NCBI GenBank assembly: GCA_963675595.2
Contig: CAXXLZ010000002.1
Coordinates: forward strand, 3,840,001 to 3,904,000
Length of the DNA: 64,000 nt
Source: Thermodesulfobacteriota bacterium
GTDB taxonomy: Bacteria; Desulfobacterota; Desulfarculia; JACQYL01
Reading direction: 5' to 3'
Made by a program: the position numbers and the translations under genes. The notes below the pieces were generated by a model, which was not told the DNA's origin, did not search any database, and worked only from the letters and a program-made list of their open reading frames with translations. Each line of letters opens with the position of its first letter. The first letter of the stretch is position 1. Positions 1 to 9,030 of the stretch are shown here, piece by piece.

Positions 1-766
1 CCCGAACCGCTTCCAGGGTGGCCGCACCCAAACTACAATGTTTTGTCATGATCTCAAATTCTTCAGGGGCAAGTTTGCCGGGCTTAAGCAGGACACTGTC
101 GGGAATGGCGACCTTACCGATATCATGAAGAGGACTGGCAATAACCATGTTGTTAATGAAAGAGGCGTCAATGTGGCTGTTGCGCAGAGCTTCCTCACCA
201 AGCTTCACCGCCAGCATCTGACAATAGGTCTGCACGCGCTCCAAATGTTTTCCCGTATCCGGGTCCCGTGATTCGGCAAGCTTGGCCAGAGCGAAAATTG
301 TCGAGAATTGTGCGGCGGAGATTTCAGCCACCTGCTCTTTGACAAGTTCCTCGAGATGCTTCTGGTACTTACGTAGCTTGAGATGGGTTTCCACCCTGGC
401 CTTGACTTCCTCGAACTGGAACGGTTTTGTTACGTAATCGACCCCACCGCTACGGAAAGCCTTGACCTTGTCCAGCGTTTCGGACAGGGCGCTGATGAAA
501 ATCACGGGAATATCCCGGAACCTCGTGTTTTGCTTTAGTTGTGCGCAAACCTCAAAGCCGTCCATTTCAGGCATGTTGATATCAAGCAGAATCAGGTCGG
601 GAGGATCGCGTTCAACGGCTTTGAGCGCCAGCTTGCCGCTGGGCACCGGTCTCACATGGTAACCATTCTCCTTCAGCATATCGGTGAGTAGGGTCAAGTT
701 GGCCGGCAGGTCGTCTACAACCAGGATACTATCTCGTACCAGCCCTTCAGTGCTTGCATTCATCAT
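1..766 (-). CDS. Two-component response regulator, REC + HD-GYP type (RpfG-like); runs off the left edge
   Basis: Minus-strand translation MMNASTEGLVRDSILVVDD...PDLILLDINMPEMDG...DYVTKPF (REC), then ESRDPDTGKHLERV...LHDIGK (HD). The start overlaps the kinase stop (ATGA). The GYP motif would lie outside the window. Absent from the ORF track because no stop is in the window. Confidence 0.88.
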   Translation of the reverse strand, partial: MMNASTEGLVRDSILVVDDLPANLTLLTDMLKENGYHVRPVPSGKLALKAVERDPPDLILLDINMPEMDGFEVCAQLKQNTRFRDIPVIFISALSETLDKVKAFRSGGVDYVTKPFQFEEVKARVETHLKLRKYQKHLEELVKEQVAEISAAQFSTIFALAKLAESRDPDTGKHLERVQTYCQMLAVKLGEEALRNSHIDASFINNMVIASPLHDIGKVAIPDSVLLKPGKLAPEEFEIMTKHCSLGAATLEAVR

Positions 767-3654
767 GAATCTTTCTCCTGGTTAAAAAGACCGATCAAAG
801 TTTCATATTCATAATTTGCAGCCATTTCCCTGGTCCGTCGGGCCAACGCCGGTTGATCGTCGGCCCATTCACCCACAAGCTCGTTCAGTTGTTCAATGTC
901 GGCACTCTCCACAGCCTCCATCATGTGCTTAACCAGCTCGGGCGGTAAGGTGGCTACCCACTGATACAGCACGGAAAGTTCGGCTGCTTTGTCCGGCTCG
1001 CTTTCGTTGACGTCTTCATCTTCATAAAGGTATTGCACTGCGGTCAAGCGACCGACCTTGTCAAAGAGTTCCTCGGCCTTGAACGGTTTCAACAAATAAT
1101 CGTCGGCCCCGGAGGCAAAGACCCTTTGTTTGTCCTCTGCGAAGGCGCTGGCGGTGACGGCAAGGATTTTGGTGTCCTTCATTTCCGGAGAAGCTTTGAT
1201 TATACGGATGGCATCATAGCCGTCCATCACGGGCATGGCCATGTCCATAAGAACCAAATGCGGTCGCCATTTCCTAACCACTTGAACGGCTGATTCGCCG
1301 TTTACCGCCTCTCTTGTGGCAAAGCCGACCGCACCAAGCAACTGCGACAGCAGTTGGCGATTCGTGTCCCTGTCATCCGCGATGAGGACTCGAATTTCTT
1401 CCCGGCCGGGCTTCAGCCGAAGAACATTCTTGCTTTTCCCCACCAGGGGTGCGTCTTCCGCTCTGCCTTTCCGCACGGGAATGCCGAACCGAAACAGCGA
1501 ACCTTTGCCGATGGCGCTTGTGACCGAGATGGTCCCTCCCATGATCTGGATGAATCCACGGCTCAGCGCAAGTCCCAATCCCGTTCCGCCGCTCTTGATG
1601 CCGGCACTGGTCTGCTCGAACACCTGGAAAAGGCGACCCAATTCCTCGTCGGTCATGCCGGGGCCGGTGTCCTCAACCTCGAACTGGAGATCAACAGCGT
1701 CCGCACTCTCGTTGGATTGAGTCCGGAGTCGTAGGGCGATGCCTCCCTTCTCCGTAAATTTGACCGCATTACCCAAAAGATTAATTATTACCTGCCGGAG
1801 TTTCCCTTCGTCCGTGATCGCCCAACGAGGAACTTGGCCGACAATTTCCGTCAATAAATTAAGGCCTTTTCCTTCCGCTCGGATCCGGAACATCCGTTCG
1901 ATATCTTCGATAAGGGCATGCAAATCAAAGGTGCTCGGAATCAAGGTAGTCCGACCGGCTTCTATTTTGGACATCTCGAGGATATCGTTGATGAGAGACA
2001 GCAAATGTTCTCCGCTTCGATTTATGATTCCGAGGTAATTCCGAGACTGTGACGAGATATCCGTATCCCGCTCCATGAGTTGGGTAAAGCCCAATATGGC
2101 GTTCATAGGCGTTCGAATTTCGTGGGACATGTTCGCTAGAAACGCACTCTTGGATCGGTTTGCTTCGTCGGCCGCATCCTTTGCTTTCTTGAGTTGGGCT
2201 TCCACATTCCGTATTTCAGTCATGTCCTGGATGGATTCAATCGCCCCGATGACTTTCCCGCTTTCATCGTAAAGAGCGCTTGCGAACCCGACTAGTATTA
2301 TTCCGTTTTCACCCAGATTAGGAATAAACGCTTCGGCCGACAGAATGTCTCCTTCACGATGAATATTCGAATATTTTCCCGATAGCTCCTTTCCCGAAAG
2401 GAGGACGTAGTCGATCAGAATCGGTCTTTTCTCTCCATAAAACGGAAGCGCATACTCATAATTCCCTTTTCCTATGATATCCCGGCTCTTGACTCCGGTT
2501 AAATTCTCCATCGCTCGATTCCAGGCCGTAACCGTGCCATTGTGATCGATCACCATGGTGGCGACGGGAAGAAAGTTGATAATGTATGTCAATCGTTGCT
2601 CGGATTCTCGAAGCTTCTGCTCGACAAGTTTCCGTTCCGTAATATCCTCAAGTGTGCCGTCCAGAAACAGTGGCCGGCCTGCTTCATCCCGGACGATCCG
2701 GGCATGAATCCGAGCGGGAAATGATTGCCCCGAGCTTCTTCGGAACATTAGTTCGTAACCTGTTACCGGCCCTTGGAGCACATCCTGGATCAGCCGAGAC
2801 CGATCCTCCGGATTGCAGTATAGGTTGAGCAAACCGAATTGGTCGGCCTCCTTCACGGACTCAAACCCGAAGATTTCAAGAATCGCCGGATTGGTTTCTA
2901 TGATGGCGCCGTCCATGGATACACTGAAGAAGCCGATCGGTACGCCGGTGACAAAGTCCCGAAAACGCTCTTCGGATACGCGCAGTTTTTCGCTTGCCTC
3001 TGTAGCTGCTTGCGCGGCTTGAACGATCTGCAAACGGGATAGGTATTCTCGACGTTGAAGTTGATTCCGGTTGCGTACGACGAAGAAACCGAGGAGGTTG
3101 AAAAGAATCGCGAAAATAGCCATCCAGATTAGATCAGGTAATGGCCGGCCGACCAGCCAAAGGCCGACCAAGGGGGAAAACATCATAAGGGTGCACACAA
3201 GCGCTGTCAGGAGGAGGCGATTCGGCACAAGAAAATAGAAAATCAGGATCATGAAGAGGAAGCCTTCCGGAAGATTCGTCGGCATTAGAATGATCCGAAA
3301 GGTTGTGGAAGTAGTGATTACAAGTTCCGTGATTAAGATGCTCGCCGCCAAGGCGGAGGCACGCCGCACGTTGGATGAGAGGAGGAAGACGACCATGGCG
3401 CCCAAAAGCTCCAGGGTTCGGAACATCGCCATAATCCAAAACCCTTGGCGCAATCCCAATATCATGTAATCCCCAATGCCCGCCAAGAAGTATGCCGGGC
3501 CCAGAATTATCATGGCGGTTCGCAGTTGTCGTCGCCTATCATCCCATCCGGCTTGAAGAAACTTCAATTCGGTCGCCTTGTCGACAAACTCGCCACTGAA
3601 GCGAGATAAGGCGGCCTCTTTCCGTGACCATATCAAGTTGTCTTTGTCCACCAT
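763..3654 (-). CDS. Hybrid sensor histidine kinase (TM sensor, 2 PAS, HisKA, HATPase, REC)
   Basis: H-box FLANMSHEIRTPMNAILG, N-box QVIINLLGNAVKFT, G1 DTGPG, G2 GGTGLGLAL, C-terminal REC (IADD...DMAMPVMDG...KPF). Start moved from 3750 to the ATG at 3654 (GGGG upstream); start is uncertain. Confidence 0.92.
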   Translation of the reverse strand: MVDKDNLIWSRKEAALSRFSGEFVDKATELKFLQAGWDDRRRQLRTAMIILGPAYFLAGIGDYMILGLRQGFWIMAMFRTLELLGAMVVFLLSSNVRRASALAASILITELVITTSTTFRIILMPTNLPEGFLFMILIFYFLVPNRLLLTALVCTLMMFSPLVGLWLVGRPLPDLIWMAIFAILFNLLGFFVVRNRNQLQRREYLSRLQIVQAAQAATEASEKLRVSEERFRDFVTGVPIGFFSVSMDGAIIETNPAILEIFGFESVKEADQFGLLNLYCNPEDRSRLIQDVLQGPVTGYELMFRRSSGQSFPARIHARIVRDEAGRPLFLDGTLEDITERKLVEQKLRESEQRLTYIINFLPVATMVIDHNGTVTAWNRAMENLTGVKSRDIIGKGNYEYALPFYGEKRPILIDYVLLSGKELSGKYSNIHREGDILSAEAFIPNLGENGIILVGFASALYDESGKVIGAIESIQDMTEIRNVEAQLKKAKDAADEANRSKSAFLANMSHEIRTPMNAILGFTQLMERDTDISSQSRNYLGIINRSGEHLLSLINDILEMSKIEAGRTTLIPSTFDLHALIEDIERMFRIRAEGKGLNLLTEIVGQVPRWAITDEGKLRQVIINLLGNAVKFTEKGGIALRLRTQSNESADAVDLQFEVEDTGPGMTDEELGRLFQVFEQTSAGIKSGGTGLGLALSRGFIQIMGGTISVTSAIGKGSLFRFGIPVRKGRAEDAPLVGKSKNVLRLKPGREEIRVLIADDRDTNRQLLSQLLGAVGFATREAVNGESAVQVVRKWRPHLVLMDMAMPVMDGYDAIRIIKASPEMKDTKILAVTASAFAEDKQRVFASGADDYLLKPFKAEELFDKVGRLTAVQYLYEDEDVNESEPDKAAELSVLYQWVATLPPELVKHMMEAVESADIEQLNELVGEWADDQPALARRTREMAANYEYETLIGLFNQEKDS

Positions 3655-4337
3655 CACCCCCGTACAAGCGAAGATCATAGTGCATGGAATTATGCGCCGA
3701 ATCTCTAATTCAAAAGCTCCATAGGCCTTTATTACCGACCTTCCAGGCACTTATTTGCCTATAGGGCTGAAAGGTCCGTGTATCTGCACAAAAGCGCACC
3801 TAAGCCATACTCAAACCGGCTTGGGGCTTTTCCTCAACGATGCTCGAAAATACCTCTCCTGTCTCATTTTCACAACTACCGTTACAAGGCTGCACCCTTA
3901 TTGCCGCCGACCGAATATCGCCCGATAGCGGCGTCTCAACGGGAAAGCGAAAGCAACGCGCACGTGCCGACTCCCGGCAAGGTGGGTCATCCCCGCTCCC
4001 GCTTGAATCAAGCACGGAATCGACCGCGCCATAGGGCGCTTCACTGCCTCTTCCCAAACGCAGACCTGATAGGTCCTCAGGAGGATGTTGTTTCTGCTCG
4101 TTGGGAATCTCCGGTCGCTGAAGGCCAGCTTAGAAACGACGACATGCGGTTCGCGCAGATCCCGGAAAGTTCACATGGGGTACGTCGCAGTAATGAACAC
4201 GTCGCCGAGGGCCCCGGTTTCCATGGATTGTTACATGAAAATCGCCATGGGGAAGAGATGAAGCGTAGACAGAAGAGCGTCGCTGAAGGGAATTAAGAAG
4301 GCTGCCGAATTTCGGCATATTATATGTTAATGTCGTC

Positions 4338-4691
4338 TTATTGTTTTCCGTTTCCTGCAATGATAAATAATATTCCTACGATCATTGGAGCAAACATGGG
4401 TCCCGGTAACCCTTCTTTTCGGATTATCAACCCGATTATGGAGGCTGTCAGAATTGGAAATACCACAAGGTATCCTCCCAGCTTCTCATACTTCCATCCA
4501 ATAGCCAGTCCGATGAACATCAACGGAAAAGTTGTAAGCCAAATATTGTCAAGAAGGCTGTTATCAGGATTGGTAAAGGGAAGGGGATTGCCGTATCCGA
4601 AATAGAACGGCAACCCGAGCAATAAGATTGCCGAAGCCATAATTCTTGCAAGCCACCGGATGCCTGTTGTTTGTTTTTTGCTCAGTCTCAT
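4338..4691 (-). CDS. Small membrane protein of unknown function (about 4 TM)
   Basis: 117-aa ATG ORF with four hydrophobic segments; visibly more AT-rich than neighbouring genes. Confidence 0.7.
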   Translation of the reverse strand: MRLSKKQTTGIRWLARIMASAILLLGLPFYFGYGNPLPFTNPDNSLLDNIWLTTFPLMFIGLAIGWKYEKLGGYLVVFPILTASIIGLIIRKEGLPGPMFAPMIVGILFIIAGNGKQ

Positions 4692-4769
4692 AGCAGCCCG
4701 TAAAAGCCGGTTGCCACAGGCCGCGTATTATAATGGCCTGATAGGACAACCTGATTTGGCATTGCTTCG

Positions 4770-4801
4770 CTTGGGGAGACTTTCGAGAAAGTCTCCCCAA
4801 G
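4770..4801. repeat. Perfect inverted repeat (REP-like hairpin or possible terminator)
   Basis: cttggggagactttc-ga-gaaagtctccccaag: 15-bp perfect arms, 2-nt spacer, intergenic. Confidence 0.75.
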
Positions 4802-5047
4802 TTCCCCTTCAAGGCAATTCAAGAATGCCTCACCGCCTTCTTCGGAGAGGAGAAAAAGAAATATAGCTTGCTGGGCAAAACATTGAAACCACTTGTTGCA
4901 GGCCGGCAAGAACGAGGAAGCGTGTCGCGTCTTTCAGCCGAATCATTCACGGGAGGAACTGGTCTATAAAAGGGGGGGCAGGCCGCGGTGCCCGTCCAAA
5001 AGGCGGCCGAAGGCTCACCTTCGGACAAGGCGAGAACATTGCCTGGG

Positions 5048-8000
5048 CTACCTCTGCTTTCGCATCACGCCGGAAGCGAACAGGGCGATCATGGCAAGCA
5101 CCAGCAGGGACGCGAACCACTGGACGCCCGAGGAGGTCGGTTTGGAGGTGTCTTCTTCCGAGTTGATCTTTTCCATCTTGAATCCTTCCACCTGCTCCGC
5201 CTGGTCCCCTTTGACGGGTTTCGCTTCCGGCCTTTTTTCCACCGGATCGCCGGTTGTCTTCGAATCTTCCGCGCTCGCCTTCTTCCGAAGGCCGGCCAGG
5301 AGTTCCTGCTGGACCTTGACCCGCGTTTTCACTTGTTCGGACAGCTCCTTGCCCGCGGCCTTTTCCACGGCGAGTTTGAACTTCTCGAGGAACTCCGGTG
5401 ATACAAGCCCGGGAACGGACAGAAGGTTGACCACCATTTGATTCATCAGCGGATTGTTACAGGTGTGATCGCAGCACGCGACCCCCTTTTCCACCACGTT
5501 TCCGGCATATTCCAGAGCCAGCTTACGTTTGATCTCTTCCTTCGCCTTCCAATACTCGTGGCGTGTGGATTCGAGCATCCGCGCGGTCATGGACTGGTAG
5601 GCCCAGGGATTGACTTGATTGAAAAACTCCTTGAGATTCATGTCGTACTTGTCTTCTATGTAAACCTCATAGGTCTGTTGCCAGCGGGCCTCGTCCACGG
5701 AGGAAGACACGGTGACCTGCCAGCCCCACATGTTCTCCAGGAACTGAGACATCTCCCTCGCTCCCGCGTAATCTTCCTTTTTCATCCCCTCGATCCACTT
5801 GGGGTTGAGATACCGGGCCCGCAGTTCCTCCCCCACGGTGCGGGCGGCGTCCTCCACTACGACCTCGTCGGGGGTCCTCTGGAGGGTGATGAGGGTGTCG
5901 GGCGCTTCCCCCCGTTCCTTTTCCACGGCCAGGGAAAGCCCTCCGAGATATTGGAACAGGTCGTCGTTGTCCATGGTGCCGTATATGCCTGAAGAGATGG
6001 AATGAACCGCCACGTCCACTCCCTTCAGGTTTCGGCGGAACAGGTCCTCCGCTTTCACTCCCCAGGAACCCGACCCGAAAGCGAAGCCCACCCGGTTTCT
6101 GTACACCGCGGCGATTTCATCATTACTCGTCCACGTGCCCGATGCGCCCGACATCTCGGAGACTCCGGTGCCGTAGCCGCCGGGAGCTTCGGAGAATATG
6201 CGGATTTGGGAAAGTCGTTGTGCTTCTTCCTCGGTCAGGCCTTGGGCGACGAGTTGTTCTTTTATGGAATCCGAATTTCTGCGCAGCAGGTTTTCGATGT
6301 CGGTCTGAACCAGGGCTTTCCGAATGGCTTCGTCGAGGAACAGCACCAATTGGGGGAACAAATCCCGATAGAGTCCCGAAGGATTGACAACCACGTCGAT
6401 GCGCGGGCGCTTGAGCTCGCGCCCGGGGATGACTTCGATTCCGGTGACCCGGCCCACTCGGCTCCAGATGGGGCGAAGTCCCAGAAGATGCAGGATGGTG
6501 CTTTCGTTGATTCCCTCGTTTCGGATGGTCTCCGTGGCGAAAAGTACGACGGCGGCCTTTTCCGGGTAACGCCCCTTTTTGAGGAGACTGCTCGAGATGA
6601 TGTCTTCAGCCGCTTGACGCCCCAATTCGTAGGCCGCCTGAGAAGGAATTTTCGCCGGATCGAAGCCGAAGAAGTTCTTTCCCGTGGGCACGGCTTCGGG
6701 GTTGCGTACCGGGTCGTTGCCCTCGCCGGGGGGGATGTATCCGCCTTCCAGGGCGTGGAGGAGTCTTTGGATTTCAAGGGGACCGGAGTCTTCGAGTCGT
6801 TTTCGCACTTCCGCCGACTTGGATTCCGGGTTGCTTTCGATGATGCTTTTCGTGGTTTCTTCGAGAGCCTCCCCTTCGGGAGAGCGGCCGAACGTGTGCA
6901 GACCGTAGGGCATGGAGTCCGATTGAAGCTTGCCCAAGTAATGCTCCACCGTTGTGAGAAGCTCTACGGTGTTCTCGTCGGATAGGGAAATCCCCACGTC
7001 CCGATCGAGACCGAGTCGTCCGATCAGGCGTTTGATTTCCCGCAGTTCCGCTTCGGAAGTAGACGCTCCTTGCGCCTCAAGCCGATTGAAGCGCCCGATC
7101 ATCTCATAGAGATTCGCATATTCGCCGTACAGCCCGGCTTTCTTCAACGCCGGCGTAAGATGGTCGATGATTACGCCCCGACCCCTGCGCTTGGCTTGAA
7201 TGCCTTCCCCCACGTCGTCCACGATGTAGGGGTAGATGTTGGGGATGTCCGTGATCAGCACTTCGGGGGGGCAATCGGTCGTGAGGCCGGCCTGCTTGCC
7301 GGGCAACCACTCGTGGGTGGCGTGGGTGCCGAGATGGATCATGGCATCGGCGTGAAATGCATGTTTGAGCCAAAGATAGGCCGCAATGTACTGGTGGTGG
7401 GGGTAGAGCGTCGAGGAGTGGTAGAGCTTCATGGGATCGTCTTCCCAGCCTCGGGCGGGTTCCGGAAGAATGACCACGTTGCCCAGGTCCACCATGGGAA
7501 GGATCAGGTCGCCGTCCGCCTTCATGATTTCCGACGATTCCGGAGTTCCCCACTGGGCTTCCACGCGAGATCGGAAAGCGGCCGGAAGCGCCGCATACCA
7601 TTCTCTATAGGTTTTCACCGGCAGACGAACCACCTTGCCGGTCTGCAGCATTTCCTCCAGTTCGCCGGGAGCCCAGCTTCCGATGTTTCTGCCGTATTTA
7701 AGCACCAACTCGCGGATCGTTTCGCGGGTCAGGTCTCGTCGTTCCCGGAAACGGTAACTTCGGGCGTTCATGGAAGCCAGAATGACCTCGAGGCTGCCGA
7801 AGACATTGAGGTAGCTGGCGCCGATGTTCTGTTTTCCCCGGCTGTGGTTGTAGTAGATGACGGCCACCCGCTTGTCCGTGTTGGGCTTCTTGCGGAGCGC
7901 CACCCACTTGTTCAGGCGGGGGAGCAGCAAGGCAAGATTGTCTTCCACCAAGCGATGGACGAAAAAATACCTGCCGGTATCGGGGTCTTTTACCTTGACC

Positions 8001-8995
8001 TTACCGCCCAGAACCGACGGCTCGATCAGTCCCGATACTTCGGGGTTGGTCATGGTCCAAACCACCTCGGTCGGCTCAATCCCCATAGGGGAGTTTCGCC
8101 ATTCATCGAGTGTTCCCAGGTATAACTGCACCGCGCTGATCACCGGTACGTCCAGTCCGCGCAGGGCGGTCAACAGCGAAGGCTCGAGGGCCGAGTGGAA
8201 CTTGAGGCTGAAAGCGAGCAGGATATCCACTCTGGGGCGTTCTTTTGCATCGAGCATGATCTCCTCGATGACCGGAATATCCTTCCCGTAGGCGGCCAGC
8301 ACGTTCCAACCCCCGGCTTCAAGCTTTTCCACCAGCGACCGGACCCGGTGGGACTGCCCCTCCACCAGGGAGGACGAGTACAACATCACTCCTATCCACG
8401 GGCGTGTCGCGGAGTAACCGGGTCGTGTTTCATACCAACGGAGATAGCTCGGGAAGTCTTTGAAAGGTTCCTTTGCGGCGGGATGATACACGCCGGTTTC
8501 CGGTAGTTCCTTCACCGGACCGTACTCCATGCTCGGATCGAACTCCGCATGAATTACCCGTCGAATCATGTTTTGGACGTTCTCGAGAGAGAGATGATCG
8601 AAATAGGCTTTGACGTTCGTGTCGAACAGAAAGCCCCGGGCTTTTAGACGATCGTCGTCCCCCGAAGTTCGCAGGGCATAGACGCGCTTTTCCGAAATGG
8701 GGACGTTTTCGAGAAGATAGTCCGTTAGTTCGGAAATCATTACGTCCACCACCACGACTTTGGATTCCGAGACCTGTTGCGAGGCGGAAGGATCGTTCAG
8801 AAGGTCTTCCGGCGAGAGGACACGGACCTCGGGCTTCGTGAGGCTCAGTTCCCGAACCGCCTTGTGGGCGAGAAACAGGTCCGACTCGGACACCAGGAGT
8901 GCCAGGTCCGCCGCACAGGAAGAGCGGACGGGCGTCCCGGCCGCGAAACACAGGCACAGGGCTCCGATCATGAGTACAAAGGAGGTGCGTCGCAT
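5048..8995 (-). CDS. CobN/Mg-chelatase H family protein, exported and membrane-anchored (HmuS/BtuS-like)
   Basis: 1315 aa. Motifs HLGTHATHEWLPGK, PNIYPY, AKRRG, PTGKNF, RPRIDV, SGLYRD, RYLNPKWIEGM, GVACCDHTC. N-terminal signal peptide and C-terminal TM helix followed by RKQR. Confidence 0.9.
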   Translation of the reverse strand: MRRTSFVLMIGALCLCFAAGTPVRSSCAADLALLVSESDLFLAHKAVRELSLTKPEVRVLSPEDLLNDPSASQQVSESKVVVVDVMISELTDYLLENVPISEKRVYALRTSGDDDRLKARGFLFDTNVKAYFDHLSLENVQNMIRRVIHAEFDPSMEYGPVKELPETGVYHPAAKEPFKDFPSYLRWYETRPGYSATRPWIGVMLYSSSLVEGQSHRVRSLVEKLEAGGWNVLAAYGKDIPVIEEIMLDAKERPRVDILLAFSLKFHSALEPSLLTALRGLDVPVISAVQLYLGTLDEWRNSPMGIEPTEVVWTMTNPEVSGLIEPSVLGGKVKVKDPDTGRYFFVHRLVEDNLALLLPRLNKWVALRKKPNTDKRVAVIYYNHSRGKQNIGASYLNVFGSLEVILASMNARSYRFRERRDLTRETIRELVLKYGRNIGSWAPGELEEMLQTGKVVRLPVKTYREWYAALPAAFRSRVEAQWGTPESSEIMKADGDLILPMVDLGNVVILPEPARGWEDDPMKLYHSSTLYPHHQYIAAYLWLKHAFHADAMIHLGTHATHEWLPGKQAGLTTDCPPEVLITDIPNIYPYIVDDVGEGIQAKRRGRGVIIDHLTPALKKAGLYGEYANLYEMIGRFNRLEAQGASTSEAELREIKRLIGRLGLDRDVGISLSDENTVELLTTVEHYLGKLQSDSMPYGLHTFGRSPEGEALEETTKSIIESNPESKSAEVRKRLEDSGPLEIQRLLHALEGGYIPPGEGNDPVRNPEAVPTGKNFFGFDPAKIPSQAAYELGRQAAEDIISSSLLKKGRYPEKAAVVLFATETIRNEGINESTILHLLGLRPIWSRVGRVTGIEVIPGRELKRPRIDVVVNPSGLYRDLFPQLVLFLDEAIRKALVQTDIENLLRRNSDSIKEQLVAQGLTEEEAQRLSQIRIFSEAPGGYGTGVSEMSGASGTWTSNDEIAAVYRNRVGFAFGSGSWGVKAEDLFRRNLKGVDVAVHSISSGIYGTMDNDDLFQYLGGLSLAVEKERGEAPDTLITLQRTPDEVVVEDAARTVGEELRARYLNPKWIEGMKKEDYAGAREMSQFLENMWGWQVTVSSSVDEARWQQTYEVYIEDKYDMNLKEFFNQVNPWAYQSMTARMLESTRHEYWKAKEEIKRKLALEYAGNVVEKGVACCDHTCNNPLMNQMVVNLLSVPGLVSPEFLEKFKLAVEKAAGKELSEQVKTRVKVQQELLAGLRKKASAEDSKTTGDPVEKRPEAKPVKGDQAEQVEGFKMEKINSEEDTSKPTSSGVQWFASLLVLAMIALFASGVMRKQR

Positions 8996-9030
8996 GGTTT
9001 GCTTTCCCGGATCGACTCTTTAGACCGCGT

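Noticed and set aside
3778-4296. 172-aa plus-strand ORF and a stop-interrupted minus-strand frame
   Set aside because: No RBS, motif or protein-like composition; the in-frame TGA has no redox-motif context suggesting selenocysteine; cannot be supported as a gene or pseudogene
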